Part shown: positions 17,824 to 25,587 of the stretch, piece by piece
Position numbering within the stretch: position 1 is the first letter of the stretch
Layout: the number at the start of each line of letters is the position of its first letter
Assembly: GCF_000820025.1 (NCBI RefSeq)
Contig: NZ_CDBI01000055.1
Span: 31,521-63,520, forward strand
DNA length: 32,000 nt
Direction of reading: 5' to 3'
From: Aeromonas popoffii
GTDB lineage: Bacteria > Pseudomonadota > Gammaproteobacteria > Enterobacterales > Aeromonadaceae
The notes under the pieces: model-generated
Databases searched by the model: none
Seen by the model: the letters and a program-made list of their open reading frames with translations, nothing else
Told to the model about the DNA's origin: nothing
Position numbers and translations under genes: made by a program

Positions 17824-18723
17824 CTACCCCTGATAGAGGTAGAGATGCAGCCGCTCTATGATGGGCTCACCGCCAATCTTGCGATCCCGCCGCGCTTGCC
17901 GCAGCTTGGGCGGGTAGTGGCCAAGGTGGGTGACGCCGGGCTGGGTGTCCGAGCAGAGCAGCAGGGGCAGGCTCGCCTTGAGCTGCTGCTTGCGGGGTTC
18001 CCGGTCCTGCCAGAGCAGGTTGATCATGGGGTGGGTCTTGACCGGTCGCCGGATCCTGAGCTCGGCATCGGCAGGCAGGCGGCGAAGGTCATAGACCTCC
18101 TGATCCACCATCTTGCTCCACTCCTCGTTGTTGGAGAGCGCCGGTATGTAGCGGCGGCTGCGCTCCAGCATCTCCAGCACCTGCTCCCGGCTGAGGCGAT
18201 TGATGCTCTGCTTGTCGGCCCAGGTAAAGCCGAGAGAATGCAGCTCTCCCTCCAGCAGGGTCAGCTTGCGGTAGACCTGCAGGGTGATCACCCCGGGCAG
18301 GGCCCTGTGTACCAGCTCGAACTTCTCATCGCGCCCGCCGGCCTGTTGCACCAATGTCTTGAAAGCGAGTTTGCGGGCGTTGATCTCCTCGAGCAGTGGG
18401 CGCAGCTGGCTGGCACTGGCGGCAGAGAAGCGCAGCCAGCCCGGCAGGCGGTGGGTAGCCTTGGTGGAGCAGCCGGGGCGAGCGCTGTGATCCCGGTAGG
18501 CCACCAGGGTGGCCGCCAGCGCTTCCTCTCCGCCCAGATAGCCCACGTCTATCTGCTCGATGGGCTCGTGCTCCTGCCCTTGGGGTACGGCAGGAAGGGG
18601 ATAGACGTGGGCCTCCAGCAAGGGGAGCTGCTCCAGTTGTCGGGCCAGGTGGGCCAGCGCCTCTTCGAGTGCGTCCATCTGTTGACGCAGGGCGGCAGTC
18701 GGCGTAAATGTGTCCATCGGCAT
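17824..18723 (-). CDS. tus: DNA replication terminus site-binding protein Tus
   Basis: The 299-aa protein is collinear with E. coli Tus as I recall it:
- LRQQMDALEE...HLARQLEQ..LLEAHVYPLPAV vs [29 protein letters not shown]
- RLPGWLRF vs RLPGVLCY
- HRALPGVITLQVYRKLTLL vs HRHLPGLITLNAYRTLTVL
- LRIRRPVKTHP vs LKIKRPVKVQP
- IIERLHLYLY vs IIPRLHLYVAD. Confidence 0.9.
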   Translation of the reverse strand: MPMDTFTPTAALRQQMDALEEALAHLARQLEQLPLLEAHVYPLPAVPQGQEHEPIEQIDVGYLGGEEALAATLVAYRDHSARPGCSTKATHRLPGWLRFSAASASQLRPLLEEINARKLAFKTLVQQAGGRDEKFELVHRALPGVITLQVYRKLTLLEGELHSLGFTWADKQSINRLSREQVLEMLERSRRYIPALSNNEEWSKMVDQEVYDLRRLPADAELRIRRPVKTHPMINLLWQDREPRKQQLKASLPLLLCSDTQPGVTHLGHYPPKLRQARRDRKIGGEPIIERLHLYLYQG

Positions 18724-19238
18724 GTCCTGTGGTCGCCCCTGTCACATCCTCTAAAGAGAGTTGGCAGGGGGTTGGCTGAACTACTGTATAAATAACCATA
18801 CCAGCATGCCGGAAGTGCGCCAAGCGTCTCCTTAGCGGTGTGCTTGGCGAGGGCGAAAAGCGATAGCCGTTTGAGAGTGTTTTTTTGTATCTACTTGTTA
18901 AATAAGGATCAATAAAAGATCTCTTGATTAACAACTGGATGTAAACCCCAGGTTGTCTTCCTCGCTTCGGGAGCCCGTGACTGCATAGGCAAGACAAGAA
19001 ACTGCATAGTTAGAGACATGCCATACAGGAGAATATGCTGTTGCGCTTTCAGGTGGAATAAAATGGTTATTTAATTTTTTAAAATCAATACCTTATGTTT
19101 TTTAGGCTGACGATATTCACTATTAGCTTTACTAATGTGTTGTATCAAAATTCGTCAATTGAGTCGCCCGTTCCTCCTGACTAAGCTTTGCGCAACAAAT
19201 TCGCACCCCGCGCAGACATCATCAAGAGGAGCCACATC

Positions 19239-19448
19239 ATGGCCAACATGGCTTATACCGAGGTAGGTTACCAGCATTCCAGCCAATCGAATCTGGTTGC
19301 TCGCGTCAAAATGACAGTGCTTACCTGGCTGGAACGCAGCCGCAGCCGTCGCCAGCTCTCCGAGTTGCCCGAGTACCTGCTCAAGGACATCGGCCTGAAC
19401 GAATCTGATCGCTATCAAGAGACCACCAAGCCGTTTTGGCGTGGTTGA
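19239..19448 (+). CDS. DUF1127 (YjiS-like) small protein
   Basis: The 69-aa protein has a C-terminal RSRRQLSELPEYLLKDIGLNESD matching the DUF1127 pattern. A strong RBS (AAGAGGAG) lies 6-8 nt upstream of the ATG at 19239. The ORF-track start at 19188 lacks an RBS. Confidence 0.75.
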   Translation: MANMAYTEVGYQHSSQSNLVARVKMTVLTWLERSRSRRQLSELPEYLLKDIGLNESDRYQETTKPFWRG

Positions 19449-19452
19449 TCAG

Positions 19453-19476
19453 CCGGGCATGGATGCCTCGTTTTTC
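19453..19476 (+). terminator. Terminator-like hairpin after DUF1127 gene
   Basis: CGGGCA tgga TGCCTCG is a bulged stem followed by TTTTTCTG. Confidence 0.45.
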
Positions 19477-19726
19477 TGCTTATCCTGATCTTCCTCTGTC
19501 TACCGGCCTGACGCCGGTGCGTGAATGACTGCCTGATATTTTCTCGTCCCTGTCGCTTGCTCTCCTCTTCTCGCCGTTCCCTCGTTTACCCCATGCCTTG
19601 CCGACTTGTCGTTATCTGTCGCCATATTTGTATCCTTACTGTTTGAATTTGTTTAAAAACTGATTTTAAGCCCTCACGCCTTGCGTATAATCCGCTCATA
19701 GCGTTCTTGACAAAAGGGTGAGATGG

Positions 19727-20752
19727 ATGATTCCCCAGCATGACTTTTTGGCCCTGACTCGTCGCCATGAGTGGCAGCTTGAGCCCTTCACATTTGACCT
19801 GCCTGGTGGCACCCGGGTGAGCGTGTGGGATACAGGAGTGCTCTGCCTGGAGCCTGCGAAAGGGGGTGATGGGCAGTCGGGGGGGCGCAAGGACATAGTG
19901 CTCTCCTGCGGCATTCACGGCAACGAAACCGCCCCCATCGAGATCTGCAACCAGTTGCTGACCCGGCTGCTCAGCGGTGAGCTCAGCGCCCGTCATCGTG
20001 TGCTGTTCCTGTTTGGCAACCCGGCCGCCATGAACCTGGGATTGCGGGAGGTGGAGGAGAACATGAACCGGCTCTTTTCCGGTGCCCACAGCAAGGGGGA
20101 GGGGCTGTGCAATCAGGAGCGCATTCGCGCCATGCGCCTCGAGCAGTATGTGAGCCGCTTCTTTGCCGATCCGGCCCGGCCCCGTTATCACTACGATCTG
20201 CACACCGCCATTCGGGGTTCACGCCACGAGAAGTTTGCTGTCTACCCCTTCCCTCATGAGCGGCCGCACAGCAGGGAGCAGGTGCAGTTCCTCGGTGCTT
20301 GCGGGGTGCGCACCATACTGCTCTCCAGCGGCCCCACCACCACCTTTAGCTATTACAGCTCGCACCAGCATGGTGCCCATGCCTTCACGGTGGAGCTGGG
20401 CAAGGTGCGCCCGTTTGGTGAGAACGACATGACCCGCTTCATCGAGACCCGTCAGGCCCTGCAGGAGCTGGTGACTAAGGATGAGGTGGTGCTCGAGCCC
20501 TGGCGCGCGGATGACTTCACCCTTTTTGCCATCGACCGGGTGATTAACAAGCAATCGGCCCAGTTTCGTTTCCTGTTTGCCAGCGATGTGGACAATTTCA
20601 CCGAGTTTCCCCAGGGATTTGTGCTGGCTGAGGATGGGGCGCTGCGCTACACGGTAGAAAAGACGCGGGAGGCAGTGGTCTTCCCCAACGCCAATGTGGC
20701 CATAGGTCAGCGCACCGTGCTGCTGGTGGTACCGACCCGCTTGTGGGAGTGA
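19727..20752 (+). CDS. astE: Succinylglutamate desuccinylase
   Basis: The sequence DFLALT...SCGIHGNETAPIE...LFGNPAAM...NMNRLFSG...YHYDLHTAIRGS...FTVELGKVRPFGEND is collinear with E. coli AstE, including the zinc-ligand region. The ATG at 19727 gives a homologue-like N-terminus. Confidence 0.88.
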   Translation: MIPQHDFLALTRRHEWQLEPFTFDLPGGTRVSVWDTGVLCLEPAKGGDGQSGGRKDIVLSCGIHGNETAPIEICNQLLTRLLSGELSARHRVLFLFGNPAAMNLGLREVEENMNRLFSGAHSKGEGLCNQERIRAMRLEQYVSRFFADPARPRYHYDLHTAIRGSRHEKFAVYPFPHERPHSREQVQFLGACGVRTILLSSGPTTTFSYYSSHQHGAHAFTVELGKVRPFGENDMTRFIETRQALQELVTKDEVVLEPWRADDFTLFAIDRVINKQSAQFRFLFASDVDNFTEFPQGFVLAEDGALRYTVEKTREAVVFPNANVAIGQRTVLLVVPTRLWE

Positions 20753-20836
20753 ACTGATCCTTTCCTGCGCCCGCCACCTGCGTACCGTAGGGCCGGTGGC
20801 ATCCATTCCGTGGGATTGATCCCGCACCAGCCCGAA

Positions 20837-20870
20837 AAGGGAGCCCAAAGCGGCTCCCTTTCTCGTCTCT
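20837..20870 (+). terminator. Terminator-like hairpin after astE
   Basis: AAGGGAGCC caaagc GGCTCCCTT is a perfect 9-bp stem followed by a pyrimidine-rich tail (TCTCGTCTCT). The tail is not a clean T-tract. Confidence 0.5.
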
Positions 20871-21020
20871 GCTCAGCCGAAAAGTTCAGTGTCTTTCTGA
20901 AATTAAAGAAGTTTCTACTGGTCTTACCTGGTTAAATTATGTTGCTCTTTGGTTAACATGTTATTTACATTCTCAGGGTCACCTCATGGTGGTGACGTTA
21001 ACAACGGCAAGGAGCCAGTT

Positions 21021-22115
21021 ATGACCCATGTCGACATCCCTTTCCTTCGTTACCTCGATGAGGAAGGGCGCCCGGTCGCGACACTGCCGACCTGGCTGGA
21101 CAAGGCGATACTGCACACCTTCTACCGCAACATGGTGATGGTGCGCAGCTATGACAAGAAAGCGATAGCGCTGCAGCGAACCGGCAAACTCGGCACGTTT
21201 CCCTCCCATCTGGGAGCCGAAGCGGTCGGGGTAGGCGTCGGTCTCGCCATGCAGGAGCAGGATGTCTACGTGCCTTACTACCGGGACATGCCCACCCTCT
21301 ACGTGCGGGGCGTGCCCATGGAGAAAAACCTGCAATATTGGGGCGGGGACGAACGGGGTTGTGTCTTTTACAAGGCCGATGGCGAGCTGTCGGAGGACCT
21401 ACCCATCTGCGTGCCCATCGCTACCCAGATCACCCATGCCGCCGGCATAGCGGCGGCCTTCAAGTTGCGCAACCAGCCTCGCGTTGCCGTGGTCACCATA
21501 GGTGACGGCGGCACCTCCAAGGGTGACTTCCTGGAGGGACTCAACTGCGCTGGAGTTTGGCATCTGCCCATGGTGATGATCATCAACAACAACCAGTGGG
21601 CCATTTCTGTGCCGCGCAAGTTGCAGTCGAGCGCCCCCACCCTGGCCCAGAAAGGGATGGGGGCCGGGGTGCGCAGCATTCAGGTTGACGGCAATGATGT
21701 GGTGGCCGTCTATGATGCCACCCGCATTGCCGTGGAGCGTGCGCGCGCCGGCAAGGGCCCGACCCTCATAGAGGCAATCAGCTATCGGCTGGGGGATCAC
21801 ACCACGGCCGACGATGCGACCCGCTATCGCGATGCCGCCGAAGTCGAGGCCGCCTGGGCCAAGGAGCCGGTCAAGCGGCTGCGCCAGTTCATGGCCGAGC
21901 AGGGTTGGTGGGATGAGCATCAGGAGCAGGCGCTGCTGGCCGAGGCGAGCCGGGAGGTTGATCGCGCCGTGGCTGCCTATGAAGGCACGGTCCCGCAGGC
22001 GCCGGAAACCCTGCTCGACTATCAGTTTGCCGAGTTACCCAAGGATTATCGCGGGCAGCGCCAGCGCATCATTGCCAAGGGCATGCAGCGCCACGCTGGG
22101 GAGGAACACTCATGA
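21021..22115 (+). CDS. Thiamine-diphosphate-dependent 2-oxoacid dehydrogenase E1 alpha subunit (heterotetrameric BCKDH/PDH/acetoin type)
   Basis: The TPP-binding motif is GDGGTSKGDF...(x)...INNNQWAIS. An AAGGAG RBS precedes the ATG at 21021. The gene is followed by E1 beta and E2. Substrate is not assignable from sequence alone. Confidence 0.85.
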   Translation: MTHVDIPFLRYLDEEGRPVATLPTWLDKAILHTFYRNMVMVRSYDKKAIALQRTGKLGTFPSHLGAEAVGVGVGLAMQEQDVYVPYYRDMPTLYVRGVPMEKNLQYWGGDERGCVFYKADGELSEDLPICVPIATQITHAAGIAAAFKLRNQPRVAVVTIGDGGTSKGDFLEGLNCAGVWHLPMVMIINNNQWAISVPRKLQSSAPTLAQKGMGAGVRSIQVDGNDVVAVYDATRIAVERARAGKGPTLIEAISYRLGDHTTADDATRYRDAAEVEAAWAKEPVKRLRQFMAEQGWWDEHQEQALLAEASREVDRAVAAYEGTVPQAPETLLDYQFAELPKDYRGQRQRIIAKGMQRHAGEEHS

Positions 22116-22194
22116 TCGATGAGATGAGACTGCAGGATGCCATCAAGCCGGCGTGGTGTGGCGACATGGCACGCAATGGGAATGGGGAGGCAGC

Positions 22195-23178
22195 ATGAGT
22201 GAAATGACACTGCTCGAGGCGATCAATCTGGCGCTGCATCACGAGATGGAGCATGACCCCGATGTGGTGGTGCTCGGTGAGGACGTGGGGGTCAACGGCG
22301 GGGTGTTTCGCGCCACCGTCGGCCTGCGCGACAAGTTTGGTTTCAAGCGGGTGATCGATACGCCGCTCGCCGAGGGGCTGATCGCCGGGGTGGCCGTCGG
22401 CATGGCGACCCAGGGGCTCAAGCCGGTGGCCGAGTTCCAGTTTCAGGGCTTCATCTTTCCCGGCATGGAGCAGATCATCTGCCAGGCGGCGCGGATGCGT
22501 AACCGCACCCGTGGCCGCCTCTCCTGTCCCATTGTTTACCGCTCTCCTTATGGCGCCGGTATCCACTCGCCGGAGCATCACAGCGAGAGCGTCGAAGCCC
22601 TGTTTGCCCATATTCCGGGGCTGCGGGTCGTGATCCCCTCCAGTCCGAGGCGGGCCTATGGCTTGCTGCTGTCGGCCATTCGCGACCCGGATCCCGTGAT
22701 GTTCTTCGAGCCTGATCGTATCTATCGCTCCATGAAGTCGGATGTGGTGGATGACGGTGTCGGCCTGCCGCTGGACGTCTGCTTCACCCTGCGGCCGGGA
22801 CGGGATATCACCATGGTTGCGTGGGGAGCCTGCATCCAGGAGGTGATGCGAGCAGCGAGCCTGCTGGCGGAACAGGATATCCAGTGTGAAGTGCTGGATC
22901 TCGCCACCATCAAACCCCTCGACATGGAGAGCATTCTGGCCTCGGTGCGCAAGACGGGCCGTCTGCTGGTGGTGCATGAGGCGTGCGGCAGCTTCGGCGT
23001 GGGCGCAGAGATAGTGGCGCGGGTTACCGAGGAGGCGTTGACCTCTCTCAAGGCACCGCCAAGGCGCCTTACCGGGGTGGATGCCGCCGTGCCCTACTAC
23101 CGCAACGAAGAGTATTACCTCATCACCGAGCAGGATATCGCGGACGCGGCTCATCAGCTGATGGAGAAGTGGCTATGA
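22195..23178 (+). CDS. 2-oxoacid dehydrogenase E1 beta subunit
   Basis: The sequence MSEMTLLEAINLALHHEMEHDPDVVVLGEDVGVNGGVFRATVGL...RVIDTPLAE is a transketolase-like pyrimidine-binding domain. A GGGGAGG RBS precedes the ATG at 22195. Confidence 0.88.
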   Translation: MSEMTLLEAINLALHHEMEHDPDVVVLGEDVGVNGGVFRATVGLRDKFGFKRVIDTPLAEGLIAGVAVGMATQGLKPVAEFQFQGFIFPGMEQIICQAARMRNRTRGRLSCPIVYRSPYGAGIHSPEHHSESVEALFAHIPGLRVVIPSSPRRAYGLLLSAIRDPDPVMFFEPDRIYRSMKSDVVDDGVGLPLDVCFTLRPGRDITMVAWGACIQEVMRAASLLAEQDIQCEVLDLATIKPLDMESILASVRKTGRLLVVHEACGSFGVGAEIVARVTEEALTSLKAPPRRLTGVDAAVPYYRNEEYYLITEQDIADAAHQLMEKWL

Positions 23179-24275
23179 AATTTTTCAAATTACCGGATCT
23201 GGGCGAAGGCTTGGCCGAGGCCGAGATAGTCGAATGGAAGGTGAGTGCCGGCGATACAGTGAGTGTCGATCAGGTGCTGTTGTCGGTAGAAACCGCCAAG
23301 GCACTGGTGGATGTGCCCTCGCCGGTGGCGGGGGTGATCGCCAGGTTGTGCGGGCAGGAGGGCGACATACTCCACATCGGTGCGCCGCTGGTGGAGTTCG
23401 AAGGTGGCGAGGATGACGGCACTGTGGTTGGCAAGGTCAGTGCTCATCAACAGCATATTGAGGATCACTTCGTGGTGGGTGCCATAGCCCCGGGTGGCAG
23501 CCTGGTGCAAGCCATGCCTGCCGTGCGCCTGCTGGCGCAAAAGTTGGGACTGGATATCGACCGGATCAAGGGCAGTGGCAGCGCCAGCATGGTGACAGAG
23601 CAGGATGTGCAGGAGGCATTCGAGGCTCTTCAAGGCAGCGGCAACGAATTCCTCAAGGGCTCGCGCCGTGCCATGGCCAAGGCGATGGAGCTCTCCCACC
23701 AGACCGTCGTGCCGGTCAGCATTACCGACGAGGTAGATCTGCGTCACTGGCGGCTGGATGAGGATGTGACGGTACGCCTCATCAAGGCCATTGGCGTTGC
23801 CTGTCGTGCAGAGCCCTCCATGAACGCCTGGTTTGACGGCGATACCCTCTCAAGGCGGCTGTTCAGCGAGGTCAACGTCGCCATCGCGGTGGACTCCCGG
23901 CATGGACTCTATGTGCCAGTGATGGAGAACGTGGCAGAGCGGGAGGGGGCGGACATCCGGCAGGGGCTGGATCGCATGATCGCCGATGTGAAAGCGCGTG
24001 CCGTGCCGCGGGAGATGCTGCAGGGAGCGACCATCACCCTCACCAACTTCGGTGCTATCGCCGGTCGCTATGCCAGCCCCATAGTGACGCCACCTCAGGT
24101 CGCCATCATTGGCGCCGGCAAGTTGTTCGAGAAGGTGGTGTTCATCCACGGAGAGGCTCGTCCGGTCAGGGCACTGCCATTGTCGATGACGTTTGACCAC
24201 AGAGCTTGCACTGGCGGCGAGGCTGCACGCTTCCTCAAGATCCTGGTTCAGGCACTGGAAGCTCCCGCGCTATAA
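23175..24275 (+). CDS. Dihydrolipoamide acyltransferase (E2) with single lipoyl domain
   Basis: The sequence begins MKFFKLPDLGEGLAEAEIVEWKV and has the lipoyl-lysine context SVETAKALVDVPSP. The C-terminal catalytic motif is FDHRACTGGEAARFL. An ATGA overlap links it to the E1 beta stop. Confidence 0.88.
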   Translation: MKFFKLPDLGEGLAEAEIVEWKVSAGDTVSVDQVLLSVETAKALVDVPSPVAGVIARLCGQEGDILHIGAPLVEFEGGEDDGTVVGKVSAHQQHIEDHFVVGAIAPGGSLVQAMPAVRLLAQKLGLDIDRIKGSGSASMVTEQDVQEAFEALQGSGNEFLKGSRRAMAKAMELSHQTVVPVSITDEVDLRHWRLDEDVTVRLIKAIGVACRAEPSMNAWFDGDTLSRRLFSEVNVAIAVDSRHGLYVPVMENVAEREGADIRQGLDRMIADVKARAVPREMLQGATITLTNFGAIAGRYASPIVTPPQVAIIGAGKLFEKVVFIHGEARPVRALPLSMTFDHRACTGGEAARFLKILVQALEAPAL

Positions 24276-24280
24276 ACCCT

Positions 24281-24312
24281 TGTGCCCTGCCGTCGGCAGG
24301 GCACAAATTTGT
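24281..24312 (+). terminator. Rho-independent terminator after E2
   Basis: TGTGCCCTGCC gtcg GGCAGGGCACA is a perfect 11-bp stem followed by AATTTGTTT. Confidence 0.75.
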
Positions 24313-24340
24313 TTGCGTAATCCCCAAAGCCACGTATAAT
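24313..24340 (+). promoter_or_regulatory. Candidate sigma70 promoter for the csp gene (TTGCGT-16 nt-TATAAT), implying a leader of about 135 nt
   Basis: A perfect TATAAT lies at 24335-24340, with a weak -35-like TTGCGT at 24313-24318. No transcript data are available. Confidence 0.35.
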
Positions 24341-24479
24341 CTAAATCAGCTTGAAAGGGCGAAAGTTATGTCAATGAATATGATGTTTTACATCTTTTCC
24401 TGTTGTTCATAAGTTAATCCCGTTTTTGAGCTTTATCCGCTGAAAAGCATAAGTAATTATTTGAATACAGGTTATAGAT

Positions 24480-24689
24480 ATGTCTAACATGATCACCGGT
24501 ACCGTTAAGTTTTTCAACGAAACCAAAGGTTTTGGCTTCATCCAGCAAGAAAACGGCCCGGACGTTTTCGTTCACTTCAGCGCTATCAGCGGTAACGGTT
24601 TCCGTACCCTGGCTGAAGGTCAGCGCGTACAGTTCTCTGTGACCCAAGGTCAGAAAGGCCCGCAGGCTGAGAACGTAACTGCTCTGTAA
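24480..24689 (+). CDS. Cold-shock protein, CspA family
   Basis: The 69-aa protein reads [18 protein letters not shown] (RNP1) ... DVFVHFSAI (RNP2). Which paralogue it is cannot be assigned. Confidence 0.95.
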   Translation: MSNMITGTVKFFNETKGFGFIQQENGPDVFVHFSAISGNGFRTLAEGQRVQFSVTQGQKGPQAENVTAL

Positions 24690-24708
24690 TTCTTACAGAA
24701 TTTAAGAA

Positions 24709-24741
24709 AGCCGTGGTGCCTCTGGTTCCACGGCTTTTTGT
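24709..24741 (+). terminator. Rho-independent terminator after csp
   Basis: AGCCGTGG (11-nt loop) CCACGGCT is followed by TTTTTGTTT. Confidence 0.75.
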
Positions 24742-24795
24742 TTATAGGTTTTTTTTAGGCTTGTATCGATCTCACTTTCACCGCCCTCTCTCACC

Positions 24796-25101
24796 ATGAT
24801 CCCATCACTCCTACTGGCCGCCAGCCTGCTCATGTCCGTTGACACTGAGGCACAGAATGCGTTTGCCACCGAAGCGAAAGCCGTGTGTCAGCAATTTGTA
24901 CAAGTTCGCCTGGGAAGCATGAGCATACCCGATGAGATCAAGGCTCAGCCTTTGCCGAAACGGGAAGGTGAATGGATGGTCGATGGCAAAATAAAAGGAC
25001 CCGAAGGTCCTTTGTTGTTTGCTTGTCTGTTGCGGCAGGGCTCACGCTGGGAGTTGCTCAACTTTTCACTCTGGGCCCCGCAGGCGATCAAAGCGGTTTG
25101 A
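24796..25101 (+). CDS. Hypothetical small protein with possible N-terminal signal-like hydrophobic segment
   Basis: The 101-aa ORF has protein-like composition (MIPSLLLAASLLMSVDTEAQ...). It has no recognisable Shine-Dalgarno, and I recognise no homology. The coding call is tentative. Confidence 0.4.
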   Translation: MIPSLLLAASLLMSVDTEAQNAFATEAKAVCQQFVQVRLGSMSIPDEIKAQPLPKREGEWMVDGKIKGPEGPLLFACLLRQGSRWELLNFSLWAPQAIKAV

Positions 25102-25336
25102 GTGCGACGATCAGATGCTGCAGATGCTCAACCATGGTCATGCCAAAAGGAGTCAGGTAGCCGCCATCTTCTGCGCTGATGAGACCTTGCTGATGCAGGC
25201 GTACAGCCGCTTGGCACAGCTCGTCAGACATGTCACTGCGCAACTTGATCCCTAGGCTCATGTTGGCCGGATCAAAGCATGCCAGTATTTTCAAGTCGTT
25301 TATAAAGTCGTTAGAAATCTGGTCGATCCCAATCAT
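25088..25336 (-). CDS. Hypothetical 82-aa protein
   Basis: A strong RBS (AAGGAG 8 nt upstream of the ATG) is present on the minus strand. Composition is balanced. The segment GLISAEDGGYLTPFG is faintly winged-helix-like, but I recognise no family. Confidence 0.6.
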   Translation of the reverse strand: MIGIDQISNDFINDLKILACFDPANMSLGIKLRSDMSDELCQAAVRLHQQGLISAEDGGYLTPFGMTMVEHLQHLIVALKPL

Positions 25337-25587
25337 GAATGCACTCCTTACGCTAAAGATGTATGCAAACTAGCATTCCCGGATCCACTTTAGTGGGCGC
25401 TGGTTCAAACTATTGGGCTTTCTCTGGCGTCCCCCTGCCTGAACGCTGTTTTTTTGGGCATTGCCCTCCGATTTGAGCCGTGAAAATGTGAGTCCGCTCG
25501 CTAGCAGTCAAACATGATAGGATAAGGGCCTCCTTTGTCTTTCTGGCCGAGCACAGTTGATCGGCCTTCCAGTTCAAGGCGTCCCTC

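Noticed and set aside
17728-18795. A 355-aa + strand ORF covering the tus region
   Set aside because: The minus-strand product aligns end to end with Tus. The + strand product has no motifs and shows typical antisense composition.
18724-18800. A TerB-like site directly in the tus promoter (GGTATGGTTATTTATACAG on the tus sense strand)
   Set aside because: It shares only the GTATG prefix with E. coli Ter. The GTTGTAAC core is absent.
19030-19110. A possible dif (XerCD) site in the AT-rich DNA near tus (TTATGTT, GGTGGAATAAAATGG...)
   Set aside because: Alignment to the gamma-proteobacterial dif consensus (GGTGCGCATAATGTATATTATGTTAAAT) matches only scattered positions, and neither XerC nor XerD arm is recognisable.
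22069-23154. A 361-aa minus-strand ORF over the E1 beta gene, with similar antisense ORFs over E1 alpha (21399-21920) and E2 (23190-23747, 23850-24200)
   Set aside because: These are opposite well-supported dehydrogenase genes. They have no motifs and a shadow-frame composition.
20949-23174. Upstream-extended starts given in the ORF track for E1 alpha (20949), E1 beta (22153) and E2 (22983), and likewise for deoR (30687), eamA (29655) and the DUF1127 gene (19188)
   Set aside because: The extensions lack an RBS and add non-homologous, often Arg/Gly-rich residues. Several overlap the preceding gene. Internal ATGs with good Shine-Dalgarno sequences give homologue-like N-termini.
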